The notes: generated from the letters alone by a model not told the origin. Shown: positions 1 through 8,679, numbered from the stretch's first letter. The stretch is DNA of 64,000 nucleotides from Candidatus Omnitrophota bacterium (GCA_030681595.1 JAUXSB010000003.1:31207-95206), one strand, 5' to 3'. Translations and numbers: made by a program.

Positions 1-531
1 ACGGTAATTTTCAACGCTGGTGGCGGCGATATTCACGTTAATCCTGCGGATATTGCCCTTAGCGGTTTGCACTGCGTAAATCTCATTAATTGTTTGCCTG
101 ACATAATCGATATTGTTGTTTTCCGGGTCTTCTCCGAATTCAATTAACAGCCGCTTATGCCCCATATTGATTAAGGTTTCAACCTGTTCTTTTATTTCGA
201 ACGAAGAAAGTTTCTTGCGCGCCAGCCCTTTATTGCTGGTATGAAAGTTACAGTATCGGCAGTCATTGACGCAAAAATCAGAAATGTATAAGGGGGCAAA
301 AAATACGATCCTCTCGCCGTAAATTTGGTCTTTGACTAGGCTGGCAATCCCAAAAAGCTCCTCTTTAAAGCCGCTATGATTAAGATTTAAGAGGCATCCC
401 ACTTCCTCTAAACTTAACCCTTTTTTATTTTTGGCCTTATCAAGAATAGAGGTAATATCTTCTTGGCTGGTATTCTCTGTTTTTCTTAGAATACTAAAAA
501 TCTTATCTTCGTTGATTATATTTTGCGGCAT
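1..531 (-). CDS. radical SAM protein, ThiH/HydG-like (2-iminoacetate synthase family), N-terminal ~177 aa only; the gene continues past the window start
   Basis: Own minus-strand translation from ATG at 531-529: MPQNIINEDKIF...ISDFCVNDCRYCNFHTSNKG (CxxxCxxC). It lies directly downstream of a ThiF-like gene. It is absent from the ORF track because it is cut by the window edge. Confidence 0.45.
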   Translation of the reverse strand, partial: MPQNIINEDKIFSILRKTENTSQEDITSILDKAKNKKGLSLEEVGCLLNLNHSGFKEELFGIASLVKDQIYGERIVFFAPLYISDFCVNDCRYCNFHTSNKGLARKKLSSFEIKEQVETLINMGHKRLLIEFGEDPENNNIDYVRQTINEIYAVQTAKGNIRRINVNIAATSVENYR

Positions 532-539
532 ATTTTCCT

Positions 540-1292
540 TTATTTTCTATAATCAGAACAAACCGTACACTCGGGATCATTCTTTACTCTTAGCTTCTTA
601 AAATCCATGGACTTGCCGTCAAAGACAAGCAGCTGGTTATAAAGATTACCCTCCATACCAAGCAGGCATTTTAACACTTCGGTTGCCTGGATACATCCGA
701 TTATGCCGGGAGTTGCACCAACCACCGGGAATACCCCGACAGGCGGAGACTCAGGGAATATACAATGAAGACAGGCCGTGTAAGGAATACGTATAGTGGT
801 AACCCTGCCCTCAAAACCCCAGATGCTTGCGTGCACAAGAGCTATCTTTTTTTCGACACAAAACTTATTCAATACATAACGCGTAGGAAAATTATCCATA
901 CAGTCAACAATAACCGACGAATCGCCGGCCAATTCCGCGATACTCTCTTCGTCAATTTTTTTATCAAAAGCATCCACCTCTACATGAGGGTTTATTCTTC
1001 TTAGGGTCATTTTAGCGCTTAGCGCCTTATATTTACCTATGCGCGTATGAGTATGCAAAATCTGCCTGTTAAGGTTTGAGATTTCAAGCGTATCGTAATC
1101 ACAGATGCGTATCCTGCCGACTCCGGCAGCGGCTAAATATATCGCCGCGGGGCTGCCTAACCCGCCTGCCCCGGCAATAAAAACAGTAGATTTTTTTAAC
1201 CTCTCCTGCCCTTCTCTGCCCCAGCCGTCAAGAAGCATCTGGCGATGATAACGTTTTAATTCCGGGTTAGTCAGTATTTTTTTATCGGCCAT
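540..1292 (-). CDS. ThiF/MoeB/HesA-family E1-like adenylyltransferase
   Basis: 250 aa with GAGGLGSPAAIYLAAAGVG nucleotide fold, DYDTLEISNLNRQ, and a C-terminal CxxC...CxxC motif. Confidence 0.75.
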   Translation of the reverse strand: MADKKILTNPELKRYHRQMLLDGWGREGQERLKKSTVFIAGAGGLGSPAAIYLAAAGVGRIRICDYDTLEISNLNRQILHTHTRIGKYKALSAKMTLRRINPHVEVDAFDKKIDEESIAELAGDSSVIVDCMDNFPTRYVLNKFCVEKKIALVHASIWGFEGRVTTIRIPYTACLHCIFPESPPVGVFPVVGATPGIIGCIQATEVLKCLLGMEGNLYNQLLVFDGKSMDFKKLRVKNDPECTVCSDYRK

Positions 1293-1300
1293 CGGCGGGG

Positions 1301-1786
1301 TTACTTTCTTAATTCATTATTAATAAATAAAGCTATCTTCCTTACAATTTCCTTTTTTTTCTTTTTAAGCTCGCGGCTTAAACCTTCACCAAAAGAAACA
1401 TCCTTTATTTGAATACCGGCAAGGTAAATTTTTGTTTTAACGCCTAATCTTTTAGAGAGCTCAAATAAATCTTTGAGGTTTAACTCATGAGAAGATACCG
1501 CCGGTAAATTTAAATCATATTCTATTTTTTCTAAATCAGAAATTATCAATTTACCGCAAGCTTGCCCCGCGTCTATGGCGTCAATTAAAAGGGCTTTATC
1601 GTAATCCATAAGGCGGGAAATAAGGTCGATGCTGGCACTACCGAAATTAAGGTAATCGATACCTTTTGTTTTTTGCAACGCTAAGAGGGAATCAAGGACA
1701 ACTATCCCGATTGCGTCGTCTCTGCGCGAAAGGCTGCCCAAACCAATTACGGCTTTTTTAGACACTTCGACTCTCTTCAGTGTCAA
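1301..1786 (-). CDS. NiFe hydrogenase maturation endopeptidase (HyaD/HycI family)
   Basis: 161 aa (VIGLGSLSRRDDAIGIVVLD...). It sits immediately downstream of a large-subunit gene that carries a C-terminal extension after DPCxxCxxH. Confidence 0.7.
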   Translation of the reverse strand: MTLKRVEVSKKAVIGLGSLSRRDDAIGIVVLDSLLALQKTKGIDYLNFGSASIDLISRLMDYDKALLIDAIDAGQACGKLIISDLEKIEYDLNLPAVSSHELNLKDLFELSKRLGVKTKIYLAGIQIKDVSFGEGLSRELKKKKKEIVRKIALFINNELRK

Positions 1787-3156
1787 TGGTGAGCGTTAGG
1801 CAAACCATTGACAAATTTTACATCCAAAAGGTGTGTGGCGCATGATATGCAAGGGTCATATGAACGCGCGAGCATTTCCAAATCCAAAGTAATCTGCGCT
1901 TGGGTCCTTTTACCTAAAAGCTCGGGTACGAGTTTACGCATATCCGCCTCTAAATTACCCATGTTCTGGTTCGTAGGGATAACACAATTAGCGTAAGAAA
2001 TGTTGCCTTTATTATTTATTGTATAATCATGAAATAACGAACCGCGCGGTACCTCGACACAGCCTACGCCTGAATTAGGCTTGTATTTAATTTTGCGCAA
2101 CTCGCTCCTCTTTGGCCATGAAGAGACTACTGTTTTTTTACTTAAGCCGTCGCCGAGAATCTTCTCCATAATTACGATTGACTCTTCCAAGCAATGCACC
2201 CATTCTACCAGTTGTATCGCGGTATTTAGATAAGGGTTATAACACGGCGCCTTTAACCCTAATTCCTGTACCGCTTCTTTGGCCTTTTTATTTAATTTAG
2301 CGCCGTTATTATTAAAACGCGAAATTGCCCCCACGGCATACGGCTTATTATTAATAGTAGAGATCTTTGCCCGCGAGTGCTCCACCACAGTTTCGGTAAA
2401 TAATTTCTTGTAATCCTTTGCCTTTATTTTATTTCTGCCGTTTACGGCCAAATCCCCGTCATACATCGCATACTCCGTATCATTAGCAAGCGACATATAT
2501 TGGGTGGGGCGTTCAAACTTCGGAAATTTAAGTTTTTTAATTACCTTTAGTGTTTCCTCGCCATCTTTGCGCGCCTCCAGCATCATCTTATATAATTTTA
2601 CCAAGCCTTCCCGCGAAGGCAGCTGGGTTAAGCCGCCGATAACATAACTTATAGGATGGATATGGCGGCCGGCAAGGACTTCTCCGGCATAGTCGCTCAT
2701 CCGTTTCATGCGCAGGGCCGTCTCAATTACCGGCCGGTGCGTCTGAATCAGCGGTATTACGCTTTTTACGCCTAAAAGATCCGGTGCCACCAAAAAATAA
2801 ATATGCAGGATATGGCTATCCATCTGCTCGGTGTATAAAAGGAGCTTACGCAGCATCACTGCCTCGTCAGACGGCTCAACTCCTAAAGCGGCCTCTGCCG
2901 CCTTTATGCTGGCCAGGCTATGCCCGCAGGCGCAAATTCCGCAGATACGGCTGGTCAAATGCTGTGCCTCCCAGATAGAGCGGCCTACCAGCATTGACTC
3001 AAAAAAACGCGGCGACTCAATTACCTGAAATTCACATTTAGTGAGTTTTCCGTTTTTTACATCCACGACTATATTGCCGTGGCCTTCGACACGCGTAAGG
3101 TAATGTACGTCGACTTTAACATCCTTAGAATAAACTTTAGGCGAAACTTTGCTCAT
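1783..3156 (-). CDS. NiFe hydrogenase large (alpha) subunit, group 3b sulfhydrogenase type
   Basis: 457 aa with N-terminal RICGICACGH and C-terminal DPCISCATH Ni-binding motifs. Gene order beta-gamma-delta-alpha matches Pyrococcus hydBGDA. Confidence 0.85.
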   Translation of the reverse strand: MSKVSPKVYSKDVKVDVHYLTRVEGHGNIVVDVKNGKLTKCEFQVIESPRFFESMLVGRSIWEAQHLTSRICGICACGHSLASIKAAEAALGVEPSDEAVMLRKLLLYTEQMDSHILHIYFLVAPDLLGVKSVIPLIQTHRPVIETALRMKRMSDYAGEVLAGRHIHPISYVIGGLTQLPSREGLVKLYKMMLEARKDGEETLKVIKKLKFPKFERPTQYMSLANDTEYAMYDGDLAVNGRNKIKAKDYKKLFTETVVEHSRAKISTINNKPYAVGAISRFNNNGAKLNKKAKEAVQELGLKAPCYNPYLNTAIQLVEWVHCLEESIVIMEKILGDGLSKKTVVSSWPKRSELRKIKYKPNSGVGCVEVPRGSLFHDYTINNKGNISYANCVIPTNQNMGNLEADMRKLVPELLGKRTQAQITLDLEMLARSYDPCISCATHLLDVKFVNGLPNAHH

Positions 3157-3901
3157 ATTTATCTCCTGAGGAAGCGTTATATAAAGTAAAATGTTTTAAT
3201 ACATCTTCTAATTTTAATCCGTATTTTAATAATATATCTTTCTGGCCGTCGGAAGCCGGATTATCCACTAAGCCGCGGCAGCCATAGCAACGGTTGCCAT
3301 TATTTACACACCAGGAATTACAGCCTGCGCGCGTAACCGGGCCCATACACTCTTCATCTTTTTCATAGCGGCAGACATTTTCGTTCATCTTACATTCCAC
3401 GCAAACAGCGTAATTAGGCACTGTATAAGCTTTTCCTAAAAGCAGGCATTTTATCACCGAGACTATCTCAGGTATATACGGCGGACAGCCATTAATAACA
3501 TAATCAACTTTTACCACTTCTTGTATCGGCATAACCTTAATCGTATTCACTTTATCCGATTTTTCGCCGTAGACCCGCTTCTTAGCCAGCTCAAGCGAAT
3601 GGAGATTTTTGATCCCGTTTACCCCGCCGATTGAAGCACAAGCACCAAACGCTACCACAACCTTTGCCTTTTCCCTAATCTTTTTAATCCGTTTAACATC
3701 ATTATCCGTAGAGATGCTCCCCTCAACAAAGGCGATATCATAGTCATCACTCGCCTCCGACATCGCCTCGCGGAAATTTACAATATCCACCAATTTTACA
3801 AGCTCTAAAAGGCTGTTGCCCATATTAACAATCTGTAATTGACAGCCTTCGCAGTCAGTAAAATCAAAAAAAGCCAGCTTCGGCTTAGCTTGTTTTTTCA
3901 T
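3137..3901 (-). CDS. NiFe hydrogenase small (delta) subunit
   Basis: 254 aa with FTDCEGCQ proximal-cluster motif and further Cys clusters (GCPPYIP..., CxxC). Confidence 0.8.
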   Translation of the reverse strand: MKKQAKPKLAFFDFTDCEGCQLQIVNMGNSLLELVKLVDIVNFREAMSEASDDYDIAFVEGSISTDNDVKRIKKIREKAKVVVAFGACASIGGVNGIKNLHSLELAKKRVYGEKSDKVNTIKVMPIQEVVKVDYVINGCPPYIPEIVSVIKCLLLGKAYTVPNYAVCVECKMNENVCRYEKDEECMGPVTRAGCNSWCVNNGNRCYGCRGLVDNPASDGQKDILLKYGLKLEDVLKHFTLYNASSGDKYEQSFA

Positions 3902-4751
3902 GGCATTCTCCTTTAAAATCCCTTAGTTCATGATAGGTAAAAACCGGGCCTGACTGACAGACATATTTCCCTTCAATCTGGCAATGCCCGCATTTGCCCA
4001 ACCCGCAACGCATCCTGCGCTCAAGAGAAACTATAATTTGATGATCGGGGATAGTCTTCTTAAGCAGTTCCTTAATTACAAACTTATACATTATCGGCGG
4101 ACCCACTACCACGGCATAAGTCCTTGCCGGATTAATATCCACTCCCGGAATTAAAGTCGTAATTAAACCCACATTTCCCTTCCAGTCGGGATCTGCCATA
4201 TCTACCGTACAGTTAGATTTAATCTCAGCCCGCTTCATCCACTCGTTGGTCTCCTGCCAAAACAAGAAATCTTTCGGCGTCTTACATCCCAATAATATCT
4301 GCACATAGCCAAAATCATTCCTCTGGCTCATAACATACCTAATTAAAGAACGCAGCGGCACAATCCCCAAGCCTCCTGCGACGATAACCAAATCATACCC
4401 AAACATATTATCTATGGGAAACCCCCGGCCAAAAGGCCCCCTTATCCCGATGGTATCGCCCTTATCCAATTTATGCATTGCATTAGTCAAGGTGCCGACA
4501 TTTCTTACGGTTAAATCAAAAAATCCTTTATCCGTAGGAGATGAACAAATAGAAATCGGCGCCTCTGCGTAGCCAAAGATAGAAACCATTACAAACTGCC
4601 CCGGTTCATGGGCAAGGTTAATTTTTCCTTCAAGCTCTATCCGGAAAAACTTTTCCTTATCGGTAAGCATCTTTGTTTCGATAATCTTTCCCCGCATCGG
4701 CTTATAGGGGGATGTCTTCATTTTTTCTAAAAGTATTTCGCGGTCAATCAT
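3885..4751 (-). CDS. hydrogenase gamma subunit, FAD/NAD(P)-binding oxidoreductase with C-terminal 2Fe-2S (AsrB-like)
   Basis: 288 aa; C-terminal RMRCGLGKCGHCQ...C; flavodoxin-reductase-like fold. Confidence 0.7.
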   Translation of the reverse strand: MIDREILLEKMKTSPYKPMRGKIIETKMLTDKEKFFRIELEGKINLAHEPGQFVMVSIFGYAEAPISICSSPTDKGFFDLTVRNVGTLTNAMHKLDKGDTIGIRGPFGRGFPIDNMFGYDLVIVAGGLGIVPLRSLIRYVMSQRNDFGYVQILLGCKTPKDFLFWQETNEWMKRAEIKSNCTVDMADPDWKGNVGLITTLIPGVDINPARTYAVVVGPPIMYKFVIKELLKKTIPDHQIIVSLERRMRCGLGKCGHCQIEGKYVCQSGPVFTYHELRDFKGECHEKTS

Positions 4752-4799
4752 CTTTTAACTCCTTTAATGAACCCCGCAGATGGCGGGGCAAATTCGGGT

Positions 4800-5858
4800 T
4801 TATAACTTATGCCGCTTCGTTCTATAAGTTATACCCTCATTTAAAAGCGCATTTACAGTATCAACAAGATTAATCTGCGCCATACAGGTACGCGTGCACC
4901 TTCCGCAACCGGTACAGAAATAACGGTTATATTTATCCACGGAATATTTAAACTTACGGTAATATCTGTGCTTTTGCCTGCCGTCGCGCCCATGCCTAAA
5001 ATCTTCGCCTCCGGCAACTTTAGCGAAATCGTCCATCTGGCAATAATTCCAGATACGGTACCTAATGCCTTCATTTAAAGATAGTTCCATTTCATCTACC
5101 ACGTCGAAACAATAACAGGTTGGGCACACCGCGGTGCAATTTCCGCAGGCAACACACCTCTTTCCCACATTCTGCCAAACTTTAGAGTTAAAGCCTCTGT
5201 CAAAGGCGTCATATACTACGGGAAGAGCATCCCCTAATTCCTCCTTGAACACCTTCTTTTTTTCTTCTCTTATTTGCTCAAGCAAAGAAACCTCTGATTC
5301 TTTTGCCTCCCGGATATAGCCTAAACCTGTAACCAAACCTTCGCCTTTTTCTGAATTGATATGAATAATAAAACTTTTGCCTAAGTCTGTCAGCATCAGG
5401 TCATATCCGCCGCGGGGATTATGATTCCCCATCGAAGCACAGTTGGCAAATTTGTCGCAATAGTTGAGGCATTCAATACCAATTATAGTCATCTTATCCT
5501 TACGATTTAAATAATTGGGGTCTTCCGGGCTATCCCTAAATACCACATCCATACACTGTATTCCGGCAATATCGCAAGTATGTACCCCAAAAAGTATATA
5601 TTCCTCAAAAACATCTATTGCCTTTGCGGTCTTAAAAGGCCGAACACTAAACTTCAGCAGTTTCTCTTTCTGGGGAAAATAATATTTCTTGGGAGGAAGT
5701 ATCGTAGGAATATATTCCAAACATACTTCACTGATATCCCTTACCGGCCTAAAAACAAAAGAATTTTCCTTCTTTCTGGGCGCATAAAGCCGGGCCCTAC
5801 TCTTTAAATGTTCGAGCCATTTGCTCAAGCCCTCTTTCTGAATAATTGCGTATTTCAC
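4800..5858 (-). CDS. hydrogenase beta subunit, 4Fe-4S ferredoxin-like (AsrA-like)
   Basis: CVACGNCTAVCPTC and CTGCGRCTRTC motifs. I moved the start from the track TTG (5897) to the in-frame GTG at 5858, which is preceded by GAGGAG plus a 6-nt spacer. The 13 upstream codons are encoded by the conserved leader motif CTCATTGAGGAG. Confidence 0.7.
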   Translation of the reverse strand: MKYAIIQKEGLSKWLEHLKSRARLYAPRKKENSFVFRPVRDISEVCLEYIPTILPPKKYYFPQKEKLLKFSVRPFKTAKAIDVFEEYILFGVHTCDIAGIQCMDVVFRDSPEDPNYLNRKDKMTIIGIECLNYCDKFANCASMGNHNPRGGYDLMLTDLGKSFIIHINSEKGEGLVTGLGYIREAKESEVSLLEQIREEKKKVFKEELGDALPVVYDAFDRGFNSKVWQNVGKRCVACGNCTAVCPTCYCFDVVDEMELSLNEGIRYRIWNYCQMDDFAKVAGGEDFRHGRDGRQKHRYYRKFKYSVDKYNRYFCTGCGRCTRTCMAQINLVDTVNALLNEGITYRTKRHKL

Positions 5859-6020
5859 AAAATTCTCCTCAATGAGCACATAAGTTACAGAACACAATGA
5901 TGTAACTTATAAGTGCGAATTGATCCCGTTGAGTGCCTAAAAATTATAGTATAGAATTTTTAGGCATATTACGAAACGGGATAGATCCGATTAATGAGCC
6001 CCGAAGCTTCGGGGCGAATT
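5859..6020 (-). promoter_or_regulatory. conserved structured intergenic/leader cassette, copy 1 (extended, with two GGGATCAATTCG boxes)
   Basis: Shares with three other loci, read in minus sense: a GC stem-loop, GGGATCAATTC(C/G)G, hairpin B (cataagttac...gtaacttatg), then (A/G)TG(T/C)(G/C)CTCATTGAGGAGG and the start codon. Local perfect palindromes gcctaaaaatt-N9-aatttttaggc and gccccgaag-c-ttcggggc. Confidence 0.6.
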
Positions 6021-6046
6021 GATCCCAACGATATGTCGGGATGGCT

Positions 6047-6289
6047 TCATTTAAAATTAATCTTGGTTATCTCAAACTCCGGGCCATATTTTACTTTCTT
6101 TATCACAATGGTTAAGCCTGACCATTTTGTGCCAGAAGTAACCTCTTTAAAATGTTCTAAAAAATGTTGTGCCGTAATAGCGCCGAATTCAGAAAGCGTT
6201 ACGTGTATCTTTTTAATCTTACGGCGTGTTTTGCTTTCCTCGTTTTTAAGGTATTTTAGGATATTATCAATAAGGTGCGTTTCATGCAT
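6047..6289 (-). CDS. HypA-like nickel metallochaperone N-domain, lacking the zinc-finger half
   Basis: 80 aa starting MHETHL... (MHE Ni-binding N-terminus, matching the HypA N-domain pattern). There are no Cys residues, so the CxxC...CxxC Zn module is missing. Possibly truncated by the adjacent cassette. Confidence 0.4.
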   Translation of the reverse strand: MHETHLIDNILKYLKNEESKTRRKIKKIHVTLSEFGAITAQHFLEHFKEVTSGTKWSGLTIVIKKVKYGPEFEITKINFK

Positions 6290-6364
6290 ATAAGTTTTCT
6301 AGATTATGTTAAATTGTGAAATGTTTCACAAAGTATATATTACTGTAATATTTTTTATTGTCAA

Positions 6365-6612
6365 GAAAAATCTGCCAATGCCGCCGTTGGCGGCACCCCG
6401 CTATTCGGCGGTGGCTGGCGATTCCCGCCGTAGGCGAATCCGCCTACGGCGGAAGATTTTGCGCGATGCCGCACATACTTGTGCGGCGCAAGAAAATTTT
6501 ACAGACTTGCCGCGCCCGAACCCGCCCGACCAAACATTCGTCCAGTCCGACTTCGGCCTGCCCGAATTAAGTCTGGCGGGTCTGGCGGGTTCGGGCGCGG
6601 CGCAAGATTTTT
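6365..6612. other. GC-rich cluster of perfect palindromes (possible structured ncRNA or REP-like element)
   Basis: gccgcc-gtt-ggcggc; ccgccgtaggcg-gaatc-cgcctacggcgg (12-bp perfect stem); ccgcaca-tactt-gtgcgg; a long-range inverted repeat ccgcgcccgaacccgcc...ggcgggttcgggcgcgg (17 bp) followed by TTTTTTT. It sits in AT-rich intergenic DNA between the glycosidase stop and the hypA-like start. Confidence 0.5.
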
Positions 6613-6643
6613 TTAAAAAGTTTTACCGGAAAATTAACCGTGC

Positions 6644-7900
6644 TTAATCTACCGAGATTGTTTTACTTGCCGAAGAAACATTCCCTTTGTTGTCGTAGGC
6701 AAATAAATAAACCCGGTAAAGGCCTTTCTTAGAAGGTAATTCTACTTTTGCCGCGCCATCTCTTATCGTCAAGGAAACATCTATGAAATCATTAACGTAA
6801 TATTGTAAGATGCCTTCGTGTGTGGTACTTAGTTTAATTTCATAGCGTAATCTATCCTTCTCCTCATCTTCAGCAAAAAACCTTACATCTATAATCTCGC
6901 CCGGTTTTACGCTGGCCCTATCCAGCGTAAAGAGTTTAATCTGTGGTGGCATATTCAATGGTTTTTTGCCGGTATAAAACTCATAGACAACCCAAAATGG
7001 CAGCCTTTTAAACATGGAATAATTTATATTCCACCATGTCATTGATTCCTGCGTTGTCTCGCCTAAATGAAAAACAAAGCCGCCTAAATTAAAACCCCTA
7101 AATTCCTCTATTTGACTGCAAAGCTCGCGATACCAGATTGCCTTTGCTTTATCATTAAGCTCAATTGCGGCGCCGTTTTCTTCCTTTCTGGATTGTGAAG
7201 CTATCGGCGGGCCAAATTCGCTTAAGGCATACGGCTTATTCATTTTTAAATAAAGATATGTACCGTGACAGGGGCGCAAAGTCGGGTACACATTCATTCC
7301 TATAATATCTACGGAGGGCATATATTCTTTTATATACTTTAGCTCCACATAGTTTGAGCCTGTATACATTACCGGATGTTTTGGGTCTATCTTATGGATT
7401 TTTTCTGCCAAATAATTTATAAATTTTGCCAAGGCAATTTTTTCATCCTCATCCTGCGTAAAAAATATGCACTCATTTCCTACGCCCCATATTAAGATAG
7501 CGTCGTGGCCTTTATATCGCTCGACATAATCCAGCACTTCCTTTTCTTTCTTCCGTTTATACCCGATGTCGAAATAGCTTACCCCCTTCTCCGGCAAGGC
7601 GCTGTTAATCCATATTCCTGCGCATACATAAATGCCGTATTTTCGCGCCTTCTCTAAATATTCTTCTGTCCCTTGATCTATGCCCCAGGTGCGTACAGTA
7701 TTTGCCCCTAATTCCTTAGCTAGCTTAAGATAATCTTCGCCGCCTTTACCCTTATGCAAGCCGCATCCAGCACCATTAATATAAAAAGGCGCTCCGTCAA
7801 CTAATAGCTGCCATGCGCCTTCCTCACCGTCAATTTTTACTTCTGTGCAATGCGCAATAGTGGAAAAAAATAAAAATAGCAAAGCAAAAAAACATCGCAT
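6644..7900 (-). CDS. secreted glycoside hydrolase, clan GH-A TIM barrel (GH5-like) with C-terminal beta-sandwich domain
   Basis: 418 aa with N-terminal signal peptide MRCFFALLFLFFSTIAHC, a GNECIF (NE catalytic-acid-like) motif and a TIM-barrel-like pattern. Confidence 0.5.
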   Translation of the reverse strand: MRCFFALLFLFFSTIAHCTEVKIDGEEGAWQLLVDGAPFYINGAGCGLHKGKGGEDYLKLAKELGANTVRTWGIDQGTEEYLEKARKYGIYVCAGIWINSALPEKGVSYFDIGYKRKKEKEVLDYVERYKGHDAILIWGVGNECIFFTQDEDEKIALAKFINYLAEKIHKIDPKHPVMYTGSNYVELKYIKEYMPSVDIIGMNVYPTLRPCHGTYLYLKMNKPYALSEFGPPIASQSRKEENGAAIELNDKAKAIWYRELCSQIEEFRGFNLGGFVFHLGETTQESMTWWNINYSMFKRLPFWVVYEFYTGKKPLNMPPQIKLFTLDRASVKPGEIIDVRFFAEDEEKDRLRYEIKLSTTHEGILQYYVNDFIDVSLTIRDGAAKVELPSKKGLYRVYLFAYDNKGNVSSASKTISVD

Positions 7901-7904
7901 AGCG

Positions 7905-8543
7905 CTAACCCTTCTTTTTTAACCTTTCCATATCCGAAGGTAATTCCGAATAGATATCTAAGCGTTTACCGGTTACGGGGTGATCAAAAGTAAGGCGGGA
8001 TGAATGAAGGGCAAGGCGCTTAAACTTTACCTCAAAATCCCTGCCGAAAGCAAATTTTCTTTCGCCTAATAGAGGATGGCCGATTTGCTTAAAATGAATG
8101 CGGATTTGGTTGGTCCTACCGGTGCGCGGGAAAACTTTAATCTCACTAAAACCATTAAAAAAATTCGCTACCTCAAAATCAGTAACGGCCAATTTTGGCT
8201 CTTCTCTCTCATCGTGCCTGATATAACTTTTTATGCGCCCCGAAGATTCTTTCAGTTTACCGCGCACAAAGGCGATATACTCCTTATATACTTTTTGCCG
8301 ATGGAAACTTTCCATCATTGCCTGCTGCGCTCTTTTAGTTTTAGCGTATATTATCAACCCGGAGGTCTGGCGGTCTAAGCGATGGCAGGGATAAAGCCGT
8401 AAATTTGGCTCTTTCTTTTCCGCCTCTTCATTAAGGATAGCAGTAAGGGTGCGGAATTCTTTTTTAGGAGTAGGGATTGTCAGAAGGCCGGAAGGCTTAT
8501 CCACGATAAGCAGATAGTCATCTTCATAGATAGTTTTGATCAT
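7905..8543 (-). CDS. RluA-family pseudouridine synthase
   Basis: 212 aa with HRLDRQTSGLIIYAKT catalytic Asp motif. Confidence 0.8.
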   Translation of the reverse strand: MIKTIYEDDYLLIVDKPSGLLTIPTPKKEFRTLTAILNEEAEKKEPNLRLYPCHRLDRQTSGLIIYAKTKRAQQAMMESFHRQKVYKEYIAFVRGKLKESSGRIKSYIRHDEREEPKLAVTDFEVANFFNGFSEIKVFPRTGRTNQIRIHFKQIGHPLLGERKFAFGRDFEVKFKRLALHSSRLTFDHPVTGKRLDIYSELPSDMERLKKKG

Positions 8544-8545
8544 GT

Positions 8546-8583
8546 GTCAAGCTGCAAGCTGCAAGCTCCAAGCTGCAAGCTTT
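8546..8583. repeat. heptamer microsatellite (caagctg/caagctc) x5
   Basis: caagctgcaagctgcaagctccaagctgcaagc read directly. Confidence 0.6.
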
Positions 8584-8595
8584 TAGCCTGAAGCC

Positions 8596-8650
8596 TGTGG
8601 CTTTGGCTATATTGAAAGCCAAACCACTGCCCTCTGGCTGGTGGCTTGTA
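8596..8650. repeat. single degenerate copy of the 44-bp repeat family (ggctttggctatattgaaagccaaacc core)
   Basis: tgtggctttggctatattgaaagccaaaccactgccctctggc is ~88% identical to the unit of the array at 35608-35795. Confidence 0.6.
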
Positions 8651-8679
8651 GCATGAAGCATATTTTCTCGCTACTTCTT

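Noticed and set aside
5994-6293. 99-aa plus-strand ORF overlapping the hypA-like gene and leader cassette
   Set aside because: It overlaps a minus-strand gene whose N-terminus follows the HypA pattern, and the structured cassette, and it has no motif.
6306-6647. 113-aa plus-strand ORF spanning the GC-rich palindrome cluster
   Set aside because: The Arg/Pro/Ala-rich translation is what GC-rich non-coding DNA gives. The sequence is dominated by perfect hairpins, and no upstream plus-strand genes or RBS exist.
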